DNA of 64,000 nucleotides from Octopus vulgaris. Lineage: Eukaryota. Where the stretch lies: positions 35,402,001 to 35,466,000 of the forward strand of contig OX597823.1 in the NCBI GenBank assembly GCA_951406725.2, read 5' to 3'. Every line of letters begins with the position of its first letter. The first letter of the stretch is position 1. This document shows, one piece after another, positions 12,360-24,846 of the stretch. Under the pieces are notes generated by a model. That model saw only the letters and a program-made list of their open reading frames with translations. It had not been told where the DNA came from and did no database searches. A program made the position numbers and the translations under genes.

Positions 12360-12485
12360 GGTTTTAGTCGAAGAAATCGACCCCAGTACTTATTCATTGT
12401 AAGCCTAGTACATATTTTATCGGTCATTGTTGCCGAACCGCTAAGTTACAGGGATGTAAACACATCAATATCGATTGTCAAGCGC
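12360..12485 (-). mobile_element. SINE family C, 3' fragment
   Basis: gccgaaccgctaagttacagggatgtaaacac matches 16580-16630. Confidence 0.7.
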
Positions 12486-12822
12486 GCGCACGCGCTCGCA
12501 CGCACACGCACACACACATATATATATAGGGAGAATTCACAAAAAAAAGACGAAGACAGGTGGTGCAGACAACAAACAGATATACATACACACACACACA
12601 CACATTATATATATATGAGATAATGGTGTCATTGAAACCCAAAGGTGTCAGGTAATGCTGAATAAGTGCTATAGAGAGACCATAGCTAAGTTCCAGATTT
12701 GGTGATATTGCGAATAAAGGGTTCAACGTTGGTTCTATGTCAGCGTGTATATATGAATTTTTCGCGTAATGAGATAAAAAAAACCAAGGCTGTATAGATA
12801 TTAGAGCATTTATAGATAGAAG

Positions 12823-12877
12823 GTCTTACAGCTGTTTCTAGAATATTAATTAATAATAATATCCCTTCATCGGAGAC
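12823..12877 (-). ncRNA. Minimal hammerhead ribozyme variant (CCGAUGA core)
   Basis: gtct-CCGATGA-agggatatt..aatattcta-GAAA-cagctg-TA-agac; palindromic stem III; mutated copy at 14525-14579 (+). Confidence 0.6.
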
Positions 12878-13435
12878 GGTGTGAGAGGAAAAATTAAGTC
12901 ATATTTAGTTTCGATATGATACAAAGAGAATGAGGTGGAGGAAAGAAAATTGATGTAAGATATGTATGGTTCATAAATCCGTTTTATAGGCATAATTGTA
13001 TATATGTGTAATATTCCAATATCCTTTGAGTAAAATCCAAAAGTCCAACAGAGTTTAATATGAGTCCATCCAGATGTAAAGTTTATAAGCAATGTAAGAT
13101 TCTCTTAAAGTTGGTCATTCCCAGTAGGGAATTTATATAGAATGTAGCAGATTCGAGGTTTGTGTTTAAACTGACCTAGAAATAGGGAGTTTATTAGTTT
13201 AGTCAAATAGAAAACAGGAAGAGAGGAATGACAAAGAAAGAAAAAAAGGAAAGATAAGAGGAGGAGAGAAATAAAGAATTAAAGAGAAAGAAGAAAGAAG
13301 ATTAGTAAAAACAAAAATAAATAATAAAACCCCTGAAGGTATGAATAAAGAGAATAAGGAAAAGAAAAAAGAAAAATTAAGATATAGGTTGGTCAGTGGA
13401 GGTAGTTTGAAAGTAGGATTGGGGATACAGAGAAA

Positions 13436-13647
13436 GGTTAACACGCCGGGCGAAATGCGTAGCCGTATTTCGTCTGTCGTTACGTTCCGAGTTCAAATTC
13501 CGCCGAGGTCAACTTTGCCTTTCATCCTTTCGGGGTCGATAAATTAAGTACCAGTTACGCACTGGGATCGATGTAATCGACTTAATCCCTTTGTCTGTCC
13601 TTGTTTGTCCCCTCTGTGTTTAGCCCCTTGTGGGTAGTAAAGAAATA
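13436..13647 (+). mobile_element. SINE family A with LINE-like 3' tail
   Basis: B-box GAGTTCAAATTCC, shared core, tail tgtcccctctgtgtttagccccttgtgggtagtaaagaaa. Confidence 0.85.
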
Positions 13648-14608
13648 TATAACATAAATGATAGAGGAATGGGGTGGAGGTTAAGAGGTAGAGGAAGCAC
13701 TAAGTGTAGTAGTAGCTATTAATTGTGAAGCAAATATATGAAGAATTAAGAATTAAGGAAATAGCAGTGTTAATTATTCTGAGAAAATATTTATGTGAAG
13801 ATGTATATGCTTGTATATCAGATAAGTTATAGAGATAAGTTACAAATACAATCTTCGTGTATCATCGTTCCTACATGTGCAATTATCTCAATTTTGCACG
13901 TGTATAAATGTTTACATATACCGACATGCATGCATACCTATATTCGTTTACATATATACACGTACACACCCATACGCGCGTATATCTCCACTCCTACTTT
14001 CAAACTACCTCCACTGACCACTGACCAACCTATATCTTAATTTTTCTTTTTTCTTTTCCTTATTCTCTTTATTCATACCTTCAGGGGTTTTATTATTTAT
14101 TTTTGGTTTTACTAATCTTCTTTCTTCTTTCTCTCCTCCTCTTATCTTTTTTTTTCTTTGTCATTCCTCTCTTCCTGTTTTCAATTTGACTAAACTAATA
14201 CACTCCCTATTTCTAGGTCAGTTTAAACACGAACCTCGAATCTGCTACATTCTATATAAATTCCCTACTGGGAATGATCGACTTTAAGAGAATCTTACAT
14301 TGCTTATAAACTTTACATCTGGATGGACTCATATTAAACTCTGTTGGACTTTTGGATTTTACTCAAAGGATATTGGAATATTACACATATATACTATTAT
14401 GCCTATAAAACGGATTTATGAACTCAATAACCATACATATCTTACATAAATTTTCTTTCCTCCACCTCATTCTCTATTTGTATCACATCGAAACTAACTA
14501 TGACTTAATTTTTCCTCTCACACCGTCTCCAATGAAGGGATATTATTATTAATTAATATTCTAGAAACAGCTGTAAGACCTTCTACCTATAAATGCTCTA
14601 ATATCTAT

Positions 14609-15990
14609 TCCTTTTGAAAGCCAGATTTTCCTAGTTAACTAAACAATTTGAAACTTCGTATACTGGTAGAATGTGTCAAAAGAAAACATAATTGTAAACC
14701 AAAATGAAAACGGAATTGTAATTTTAACGTTTAACGTTGTTTAAAAATTCGAATTTTAACCAATGATATTCTTTCGGCCTCATATTATTTACTGCTTCTC
14801 AAAATATTGTTACTGTGACGTAAACAGCTATTTTGTGACGTAGTTAACATAGCTAAAATGTAAACAAAGCCACTTCTGGTACTTACGGTACTTATACCGA
14901 AGGGTCGCCGTCGAATGTACCAACCGTAGTATTTATAATTTTTTGGCGTAAGAAATGACGCTAGGCATTTTATCCGATGCACTACCGATTCTGCCAGCTT
15001 TACATAATATTTTTCGTCGAAGTTTAACTATGTCACCTTGATGATATATTTTTACGCGTGGACAAATAATAGAGAGATAATGTGGATCAGATGATATTAC
15101 ATGCTGACAAGGGCTTGGTAAAGGACTGTTAGAATGTTTAGGGATACGGTCCTATACGTTCGGGTTTCAACCCTCACCGGAATTCAAAACAAGCCGTCTG
15201 TTCTTCCACGGTCGAGAAAATACATCGATCAAGTATTGGAGATCGATATAAATGATTATACCCTCCACTCACCCCAAAATATATGCTTTGTGTCTATAAT
15301 CAATATTACAAATATATTGTTATTGCTATTTAACTCAGGTCATCCTGATAAACCCGGTTGAGGATCAAAGGGTTCCAACTATGACCAACCCGTATTTTTG
15401 CGCCCCCCCTTTTTTTCAGATATAGCATCTATGATTATATTAGTCAATGTACCCTTCCTTTAACCCAGTAGTATATGGTTTTAAGGGGATTTGGGTATTA
15501 TTCCTAGCACATCGACGAGCGAAAACGCAGAGGGGCCCTGACTATGTGCGAGTATGCGTATGGATGGGTACGTGTGTGTATGTGGGTGCATACAAGCCAA
15601 ATAACCGGTTCAAGGCGTGTGTCAAACTGAAGAATCAAAACGTGTGCACAAGTTTATAGTAAATATATACATTGTATAGAGAAAACACCCGAAGCCTATA
15701 CAAAAACACTGAATATGTGTTTATTATTCATCCAAAGTAAACAGTACATGTGTGCTGTTTACGTCACAGTAACAATATGTTTAGACGGGGCAAATAATTT
15801 CAACTCAATACAGAGAATACGATTGGTTAAAATTCGCAGATTTAAATTACGTTTAAACTTATAAAATACATTTATGTCAAAAAAACTAGTTGAAATTATT
15901 GTTTTCTTTTGACACATTTTATCAGTATACGAAGTTTCGAATTATTTAGTTAACTAGAAAAATCTGAAAAATTTGGCTTTCAAAAAGAAA
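14609..15990. mobile_element. MITE or non-autonomous DNA transposon with ~220-bp imperfect TIRs
   Basis: ttttgaaagcca...ctagttaactaaa...gaaacttcgtatactg...gttactgtgacgtaaacagc (14612-14828) is mirrored at ~15754-15985. Confidence 0.7.
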
Positions 15991-16028
15991 AGATCCCAGC
16001 CTTGGTTTTTTTTTCATCTCATTACGCA

Positions 16029-16031
<3 letters not shown>

Positions 16032-16108
<77 letters not shown>

Positions 16109-16152
16109 TGTATGTATGTATGTATGTATGTATGTATGTATGTATGTATGTA
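16032..16152. repeat. (TA)n-(TATG)n microsatellite
   Basis: Direct reading. Confidence 0.95.
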
Positions 16153-16309
16153 CGAAGGGCTTCTTTCAGTTTCCGTCTATCAAATCCATTCACAAGGCTT
16201 TGGTCGGATCGAGGCAATGGTAGAAGACACTTGCCCAAGGTGCCACGCAGTGGTATTGAACCTGAAACCATGCGGTTGGGAAGTATGGTTCTTTCCACAC
16301 AGCCACACC

Positions 16310-16313
<4 letters not shown>
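16150..16313 (-). mobile_element. SINE family C, 5' half
   Basis: Minus strand gtggctgtgtgg...ggttcaataccactgcgtggcaccttgggcaagtgtcttc. Confidence 0.85.
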
Positions 16314-16366
<53 letters not shown>

Positions 16367-16464
16367 CATATATATATATAAGATAAAACTTACTTGGAAA
16401 AGGATGCGTGGCGTTCGATCATATAATAATATAAATAAATAATATATAAATATATGCATATATA

Positions 16465-16849
16465 CTCTCTCTCTTTTACTTGTTTCAGTCATTTGACTGC
16501 GGCCATGCTGGAGCACCGCCTTTAGTCGAGCAAATCGACTTATTCTTTGTAAGCCCAGTACTTATTCTATCGGTCCCTTTGGCCGAACCGCTAAGTGACG
16601 GGGACGTAAACACACCAGCATCGGTTGTCAAGCAATGCTAGGGGGACAAACACAGATACACAAATACATATATATATATACATATATACGACAGGCTTCT
16701 TTCAGTTTCCATCTACCAAATCCACTCGCAAGGCATTGGTCGGCCCGAGGCTATAGTAGAAGACACTTGCCTAAGATGCCACGCAGTGGGACTGAACCCG
16801 GAACCATGTGGTTGGTAAGCAAGCTACTTACCACACAGCCACTCCTGCG
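16465..16849 (-). mobile_element. SINE family C, full length with internal (TA)n
   Basis: tRNA-like head, CORE-like cttaggcaagt, 3' half ending gactgaaacaagtaaaagag. Confidence 0.85.
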
Positions 16850-17139
16850 AAGTCCCGGGGTCGATTTGCTCGAGTAAAGGCAGTGCTCCAGCATGGCCGC
16901 AGTCAAATGACTGAAACAAGTAAAAGAGTAAAGAGTATATATATATATATGTGTGTGTGTGTTTGTGTGCTTGACAACCGATGCTGGTGTGTTTATGTCA
17001 CCGTTACTTAGCGGTTCGGCAAAAGAGACCGATAGAATAAGTACTGGGCTTACAAAAGAATAAGTCCCGGGATCGAGTTGGTCGATTAAAGGCGGTGCTC
17101 CAGCATGGCCGCAGTCAAATGACTGAAACAAGTAAAAAG

Positions 17140-17140
<1 letters not shown>
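16850..17140 (+). mobile_element. Two SINE family C 3' fragments (16850-16932 and 16950-17140)
   Basis: Reverse complement of 16470-16635. Confidence 0.85.
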
Positions 17141-17182
<42 letters not shown>

Positions 17183-17185
<3 letters not shown>

Positions 17186-17348
17186 GACAGGCTTCTTTCA
17201 GTTTCCGTCTACCAAATCCACGCACAAGGCTTTGGTCGGCCCGAGGCTATAGTAGAAGACACTTGCCCAAGGTGCCACGCAGTGGGACTGAACCCAGAAC
17301 CATGTGGCTGGTAAACAAACTACTTACCACACAGCCACTCCTGCGCCT
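17183..17348 (-). mobile_element. SINE family C, 5' half
   Basis: Near-identical to 16687-16849. Confidence 0.85.
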
Positions 17349-17460
17349 ACATACATATATATACATACCTACATATATATGTATATGTACATTCATATAT
17401 GGGTACAGGACATCAAAAAAACGTTGAACAGAATGAGAAACGAACACATATATACATATA

Positions 17461-17846
17461 CTAGCAGTATCGCCCGGCGTTGCTCAGGTTTGTAAGGGAA
17501 ATAACTATAAAGCATCTTTAGAGAGTTATAGCCAAAAAATAGCAAAAAAAAATGGAAAAAAAATGATGGTAAATTTTTTTTTGAGAGTAAAAAAAGGTTG
17601 AGTTGCGTCCCCTAGACAGTCTGTGGTTTGTTTTTTTTTATTCTCGACCCCATGTCGAATTTATCGATTTTTTTCAGAACTGGGGGAACTTTTCAAAATT
17701 TTCGCTGCGTTAGTTTTGAATTATGACATTGGGCTATGTGTGTGTGTCAAGTTTCATCAGAATCGGTTGAAAGCCGTGGTCAGGGTGAGGGTACGAGAAA
17801 ACAGACACACAGAAACACGCACAGACAAACTGCCGTTTATATATAG

Positions 17847-17847
<1 letters not shown>
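17461..17847 (-). mobile_element. Non-autonomous Helitron
   Basis: Minus strand 5' A|TCTATATATAAA ... subterminal GC-rich hairpin (cctgagcaacgccggg) ... CTAG|T 3'; no TSD. Confidence 0.75.
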
Positions 17848-17887
<40 letters not shown>

Positions 17888-18191
17888 GAGGGCATTATAC
17901 ATACATGCCAGAGGGCATTATACATACATGCCACACGCTAAGAGGGACAATTAGTCATTTCTACCAAAAAATTTGACTAATCCCACCGAATGCAATTTTT
18001 CAAAGTAAGACATTTAAAAATATAGACTTGTATCACTGTGATTTCATACCTCTGTATTCATCAGCAAGCCTGGACTTATCATAAATAAACGACCCTGCCT
18101 CGCTTAAGCCGAGCAGCTAACTGGTCAACATCAACGAAGCACATGGGTGAGTTTACATAAGTTTTCCTTATTAAGTAGTTGTCCTTAATTG

Positions 18192-18229
<38 letters not shown>

Positions 18230-18231
<2 letters not shown>

Positions 18232-18604
18232 CGGGAGGCTTTATGAAAATAAACAAAAGACGAAGGCAGGTGGAAAACAAACGAACAATTGTATTAGTAT
18301 GGCGCTCAGGAAATATAGATAAAACAAGTCTTTAACGTTTCGAGCCTACGCTCTTCAACAGAAAGATACACAGAGAGAGAAAAACACAGAAAGAAGGAGA
18401 GAAAAAAAATGCGTGCAGTAGCTAACGAATCAACATGGCGATCTGATTTCGGCCAGAGGTCAAAGATCAAACATGAGACGCGAGAGCGAAATAAGGGGAG
18501 ATAATAGGGTTGATAAAAGGGTTGAGGGACCAGCTAAAAGTGCGTGGGAGGGGTCTGGATGTGTGTATGTATAGGGTTGGTGTATGTATTAGTATGTATA
18601 AGGG

Positions 18605-18635
<31 letters not shown>

Positions 18636-19612
18636 AGAGAGTATTAGTGCGTAAGATTGGTCTGGACGTGCGTATGTATGGGGTTGGTGTATGTATTAGT
18701 ATGTATTAGTATGTATTAGTACGTATTGGTATGTATAGGTGTCTGTGTGTGTGTGAGAGAGAGTATATAAGTGCGTATGCGGGTCTGGACGTGTGTATGT
18801 ATAGGGTTGGTGTAAGTATTAGTATGTACTAGTATGTATTAGTACGTATTAGTATGTATTAGTTGGTGTGTGTATTAGTATGGCACATCATATGTGATGT
18901 GATTTGTAAAGTCATGTGGTGTAGTGAGGAGAAGAGGGGGAGGGGGAGAAGAGGGGGAGAGAAGGGGAGGGGAAGAAGAGGGGGAGGAGAAGTGGGGAGA
19001 GGAGAGGATGGGGGAGAAGGAAGGGGATGAGGGGGATGAAGGAGGAAAGAGGGAGAGGGGGAGAGAGAAGGGGAGAGAGGGAGTGAGGGAGCAGAGGGAA
19101 GGGGAAGAGGGAGGGAGAAAGAGGGAAGAAGGGAAGGGGAGTAGGGGTGAAAGGATGAAGGACTGAAGAAGTAGGGGTCGGGGGAGAAAGCATAGGTGAG
19201 GAGGGGGAGAGGGGGTTAGATGAGGAGGGGGGAGAGTTGAGACCAAATGGCGTATAAGAGCGAAGAGAGAAGATTAATTCCTGTTCACGGCGCAAACGGG
19301 AATCCGGATGGCCTCTGTGTAAGGACAAACCGAACACAGATAGGTGTTGCAAGGAGTGACCGGTGGAGCGGAAATGGCGTGAGACCGGTGTGTCGTTCGC
19401 AAGGTGGATGTCACGAAGGTGTTCCGCGAACCGGTCAGCCAAGCGGCGTCCCGTTTGTCCGATGTACAAGGAATTGCAGAGGGAGCAAGAGATGCAATAG
19501 ATAATATTGCTGGAGGTGCAGGTGAAGGAGTGGATGATGGGATAGGGTCGATGGTGGGTGCTAGTGAGGCGGGTGGTGTTGGAGAGGTAAGGGCAAGTGC
19601 GGCAACGTGGGC

Positions 19613-19617
<5 letters not shown>
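18230..19617 (-). mobile_element. PLE 3' end: GIY-YIG, pyrimidine-rich UTR and pseudo-LTR
   Basis: CRTCPY...FTCTSSNIIYCISCSLCNSLYIGQTGRRLADRFAEHLRDI...PVSRHF...PFGLN; flanked by (TA)n on both sides. Confidence 0.9.
18545..18880. repeat. Three ~110-120-bp tandem units in the PLE UTR
   Basis: ggtctgga(c/t)gtg.gtatgtat.gggttggtgta at ~18552, 18659 and 18782. Confidence 0.7.
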
Positions 19618-19663
<46 letters not shown>

Positions 19664-19986
19664 GAAGGCGCATGGCTCAGTGGTTAGAGCGTCGAGCTTA
19701 CGATCGTGAGGTTGTGAGCTCGAATCCCGGACCGGGCTGCGTGTTGTGTTCTTGAGCAAGGCACTTTATTTCACGTTGCTCCAGTTCACTCAGCTGTAGA
19801 AATGAGTTGCGACGTCACAGGTACCAAACTGTATCGGCCCCTTTGCCTTTCCCTCGGATAACACTGGTGGCGTGGAGAGGGGAGGCTGGTATGCATAAAA
19901 AACAACCTTGCCCGGACTTGTGACTAGGAGGGTAACTTTCTAGGTGCAATCCCATGGTCATTCATGACCGAAGGGGGTCTTTACCT
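19664..19986 (+). mobile_element. tRNA-derived CORE-like SINE (family B)
   Basis: A-box TGGCTCAGTGG, B-box-like GCTCGAATCC, gtgttcttgagcaaggcactt; homologous to 26551-26878. Confidence 0.85.
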
Positions 19987-21068
19987 TTATGTATGTATGT
20001 ATGTATGTATGTATGTATGTATGTATGTATATAAGGAAGTCATTATGCACGTACGCTGCAAATTATATAATAGACCTTTATATAAATAAATAACGTGAAA
20101 TACACGAAGGGACGAACAAAAAGACAAACGGTTCATTCAAAGCCTTCATTCTTCAGTCAGAAACTGATCCCTCATCGCAGATTTCGGCTGTTTAATTCTG
20201 AGATCCGCTCTGAATCAGCCAGCCACAGAAGGAAAGAATGAAACGCAACAGAGACGAACATGAAACGAAAAATCTTTTTTGGGGACAGTAACGGTTAAAA
20301 ACATGGTTGACACAGGCGCCCTACGGCTTTGAGACAAACAGAGAGACACAAAAACAATATCAACAGCGTGGAAAAAATTACCTTTTCGGTGATAAGACAC
20401 ATGTTGAACAAGCGGCCGATGGAAACGAGGCAGCAAGTTGCAAGAGGATAAGAGAGAGAAAAGGGGGTAAGAGAGAGAGGGGACAGTGACCGAGAGAGAG
20501 AGAGAGGGAGAGAAGGAATCGAAGGAAAGAAAATAGTTTAAAGACATCGTGCAGGGGTACATACATGCTCAAATATTTAAGTAATTAAAATGTACATATA
20601 TATATATACATACGCAAATAAATACAAGCACATACATGTTGCTTATATATTAAGCCCTCACATGTATAAACATTAGCTATGCACTGTGTGTAATCACATA
20701 TAAAAATATAGCACATGAATATATGTGTATTTGTGTGTGTGTGTATGTGTTATCTTATAATAAAAGAAAAACCCACAAATCTTGTACATACAACTACCCA
20801 GGTTTTCCTGGTCGAAATAATAATTTATCACGCCATTTATAAAGCTGAAAATAAGACCTTTTGTCAGTTGTATTATGTGCAAATAACGGTTAGAAAGAAG
20901 ACGCTTGTAAAGAAGATGAGAAAATCACAATGGAGATAACCAACGTTGTAATAAATCAATGTCAAGCGGACGTAAACCAGATGTTAACGGTTTACTAAGA
21001 TGTATTTCTTGAAATCCGGACATGCATACATACATACATACATACATACATACATACATACATACATG

Positions 21069-21114
<46 letters not shown>

Positions 21115-21168
21115 AATATATATATAACAATTTAATAAATAAAACATATGCATACATACATACATACA

Positions 21169-21201
<33 letters not shown>

Positions 21202-21444
21202 GTACATACCTACATCTATATGTATATATATACATGCATATATGAGTACAGGACACCACAAATAAACGTAGAACACAACGAGAAACGAAAACATAAAAAC
21301 AAAACAAGGAAACGGACATTTTATTTTAACAACGAAAAAACAGAGTACAAGACAAACAACAGAGGGAACATTCCCCTTCTTCAGCTGCCCCTGTTTCGAC
21401 TCAATTCGTGTTTCGAAGGTAATATATATATATATATGTACATA

Positions 21445-21636
21445 TAGTGAGAATTTGCAAAAAAAAAAAAGGAAGACGAAGGCGGTTGTGTAAATAACAA
21501 ACAAACGTATTAGTTTAACCCTCGGGAAGTGAGAGTTTTCTACGTTTTGAGCCTGCGCTCTTCGACAGAAAGGAACGCAGAAATAAACAGAGAGAGAAAA
21601 TAGAAAAAGGTATAGTGGCTAGCGATCTATCATGGT
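21445..21636 (-). mobile_element. Solo PLE pseudo-LTR fragment
   Basis: Homologous to 22323-22510. Confidence 0.7.
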
Positions 21637-21819
21637 GTATATATATACAGAGGTAGCGGTTATAGTAACCGACTAAGGAATAAAATATCGGTATATACTA
21701 TCGGTATCCGTTACATGTATTATCCCCGAGCATTGGTGCGCAGGCACAACATACACATAAAGTCCAGATAACAACAGGATAAACAAGAGTTTATCAGGAA
21801 CAATTTTCTAATTATTTGC

Positions 21820-21862
<43 letters not shown>

Positions 21863-21997
21863 GGATGAATGAATTATCCTTTGTTTACCGTTAACATGGA
21901 AAATTCAGAAAAAAGTTACCAGGGTAGCAAAATTCACGCAAGTAACAAGGATGTAGCGACACACTCAAAGGTAGAAACTCCGGGTTAATGTGCAGTA

Positions 21998-22305
21998 ATT
22001 TGTATAGTATAAGTAAATAAATGCAATTGAACGCAGATGTTATTCAAATTCTTTTACTTTCGACATATGTTTCGAAAGAATACACGGTGTAAAATAACGC
22101 AATCTTCTCATCAGGAAAGAAAGAGAACCTATCTCAACAATAAGACATTATAACGAGTTTGATGACTGCATAAATGATAAAATGAGAAGATTGCATTATT
22201 TTATACCGTGTATTCCTTTGGGATAAAACCAAACATATGTCGAAAGTAAAAGAATTTGAATAACATCTGAGTTCAACTCCATTTATTTACTTATACTATA
22301 CAATT
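21998..22305. repeat. Inverted repeat of a PLE pseudo-LTR (arms ~21998-22110 and ~22182-22305)
   Basis: gatgttattcaaattcttttactttcgacatatgttt mirrored by aaacatatgtcgaaagtaaaagaatttgaataacatc. Confidence 0.8.
22057..22119 (-). ncRNA. Type I hammerhead ribozyme with canonical core
   Basis: ctttc-CTGATGA-gaaga...tctttc-GAAA-catatg-TC-gaaag: 5-bp stem I, palindromic stem III, GUC cleavage triplet. Confidence 0.75.
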
Positions 22306-22322
22306 TACTTATATATATATAT

Positions 22323-23208
22323 AGGGGAGAATTCACAAAAAAAATAAAAGACGAAGACAGGTGGTGTAGACAACAAACATATATTAGTTTAACGCTCGGG
22401 AAGTGAGAAAGTCTTCTACGTTTCGAGCCTACGCTCTTCCACAGAAAGGAACACAGAAAGAAACAAGGAGAGAAAATAAAGAATGTGTAGTGGCTAGCGA
22501 TCTATCATGGCGAATGCCGAACAAAAGGGTCACACAGGAGAGCTAGGGTGAAGGGGAGATAATAAAGTAGTGATGATCCTAAAACGAAAGTGCGCGAGCG
22601 TGTGTGTAAGAGAGTTTGTATGTGCGTGTGGGAGAGGGCTGGTAATCCTGACGTGTGCCTGTGTGTATTTGTAGGTGTGAAAATGTGGGTCTGGGAAGTG
22701 GTCAGTGCTGATGTGTGCGTGGTGGTGTGTTGTGATGTGATGTGTTGTGTGGTATAGTGGTGTAAGGTGTAGTGGCGTGTGGTGTAGTGTGATGGTGTTG
22801 GGAGGTAGGGGAGGAGAGAGTGACGAAAGCAAGGGTGTGGTGTGGGTTAGGCTGAGGGTAGGGGTCTTTATTTTCTCTTCTTGTTTCTTTCTGTATTCCT
22901 TTCTGTGGAAGAGCGTAGGCTCGAAACGTAGAAGACTTTCTCACTTCCCGAACGTTAAACTAATACATCTGTTTGTTGTCTACACCACCTTCGTCTTTTG
23001 TTCGACCCCTACCCTCAGCCTAACCCACACCACACCCTTGCTTTCGCCACTCTCTCCTCCCCTACCTCCCAACACCATCATACTACACCACACGCCACTA
23101 CACCTTACACCACTATACCACACATCACATCACATCACAACACACCACCACGCACACATCGGCACTGACCACTTTCCAGACCCACATTTTTACACCTACA
23201 AATACACA
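22323..23208. mobile_element. PLE 3' UTR and pseudo-LTR with two inverted duplications
   Basis: 22866-23000 is the reverse complement of 22346-22482; 23004-23208 is the reverse complement of 22661-22866. Confidence 0.8.
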
Positions 23209-24846
23209 TTGGGGTATGTGGGTAGGCAGAAGCGGAGATTTTGTGAAACACTTGTAGCTGGGGTATTTCACCTGAGAGACGTTGACACTGATGAGCAAAA
23301 CACCGATATACATGATTTTCGTACACTTCTGGGGCGATTCCGATTCGTTTAAAGTTACGATCGAAATCGTATTTTTATATGCCGTTTATGTTGTTAAATC
23401 TGTTTTGGTCAAGAGACCGTCCATTTCTCTATTGTGAAACACTCGTACTTTTACTGGGTTTCTATTTCAGAATTCTGTATATTTTTCCACCTAATCGATG
23501 TCGGTTCAAGCTTTCGGTACGGGTATTGCACTGATGAGATGATCTCCACTTGATATACCGGTATAATTAGTATTATGTCCCTTTATAATGATCAGTCTTT
23601 TATTTGTACAAGAGAACTAAATTCATCATCTGCTTTACTATATCCTTAATTTCAGAATGATTCACTGTAATATCTGAGTTGTTTCCGGGAAGTATGATGA
23701 TCTGATCTTAATGATAAGTAGCAAATGTTTTCTTTTACACACTTGTCATGAATATAGCATATAGAACTACTTCGATCTAATTATTCTGAAGTGATGAACT
23801 GTTAACGCGAGTTGACATTTCATATCCCTTCCATTACATTTCGTGCTCTTGGCTATATCAAGTGAGTGCTAAGTAAGTATTCCTATTCTGTCTCCGTTAA
23901 CCTTTAACTAGTTTTATTGAAGGAAGATAAAGAGATAATCATTTCTCTCGGCGAGTTTGCGGTTGAAAGCTAGGTAACAAATGATTTGAAGGAATTAAGT
24001 TACAAGAAAACAAAATTAAAGAAGCAGGAAGATACGGATATAATATCGCCTCTAATAATACAGACTTGTCTCTATAAAATTGTGAACAATATTTAGACGT
24101 CTCTACAACTAGTTTGTATATGTAACATTTATTTCAAATTGCTTACATGGAAGCATAGTAACACATATATCATTTGAATATACGCCTCGACTCAGAACCA
24201 GAGTGATATCACTGATGACATCATTTTGTTTGGACATGCTACAATGAAAACTCATTAATATTGGTAGAAATATTTTTCAAATCTGGTTTGGATTTCAGAA
24301 CGTAACTATATTGTATGATAGCAAGAAAGACTGACTCGTTGTTTTTCCGTTTCAAGAATAATTTTCGTATATAGATTATTTTCTCTGTCACAACTAATAT
24401 CCACAACAGATGTTTCTAAATCTAGTGTGTCGCTCTTTTGAAGAATAATTAGTGTCAACAATTTTCACAATAATAAACCTAAATTTGCTGTAGGAAACGA
24501 ATACACTACATAGGAACCGATATTCTGAAACTATTTCTGGTAACTTGATTTGTTATTAACCATATTAGCTATCTGTATATTGATGTATGTTTGAATGTAA
24601 CGCATATGTGTGAATGTCGAGTTTGGTTTAACTGTTCTCGGAATGGAAACAAATGAAAGCGAGATATAAATATTCCGGAAGATTTTAAACTCAAGTTGCT
24701 AGAAAAGATGATGCGACCACCACTAACTGGATTCAGTGATTAGGTGTTCAGCTTCATAATATACAGCACCAATCATACAAATAAGACTGATTAGACTGAT
24801 AATGATAATGAATAAATTAAACAGAATAAGGTTAAGTTGTCAAATA

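Larger units (their letters stand above)
12796..14607. repeat. ~620-bp inverted repeat of a PLE pseudo-LTR (arms ~12796-13425 and ~13985-14607)
   Basis: Arms are near-identical reverse complements, each with a hammerhead-like motif near its outer end. Confidence 0.9.

Noticed and set aside
15973-17495. Many ORFs rich in YI, CV and HT repeats (also ~21k, 25.7k, 41k, 44.6k)
   Set aside because: Translations of microsatellites and SINEs
18905-19235. G-rich tract as a special G-quadruplex element or Pro/Ser-rich protein
   Set aside because: It is the low-complexity 3' UTR of the PLE
19664-19740. tRNA gene
   Set aside because: Continues into a SINE body repeated at 26.5-26.9 kb; no proper acceptor stem
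23280-23570. Two CTGATGAG motifs as hammerheads
   Set aside because: No downstream GAAA or stem III geometry; at best decayed PLE ends
23690-23795. C/D box snoRNA (ATGATGA...CTGA)
   Set aside because: No terminal stem or recognisable guide; such motifs are common by chance in AT-rich DNA
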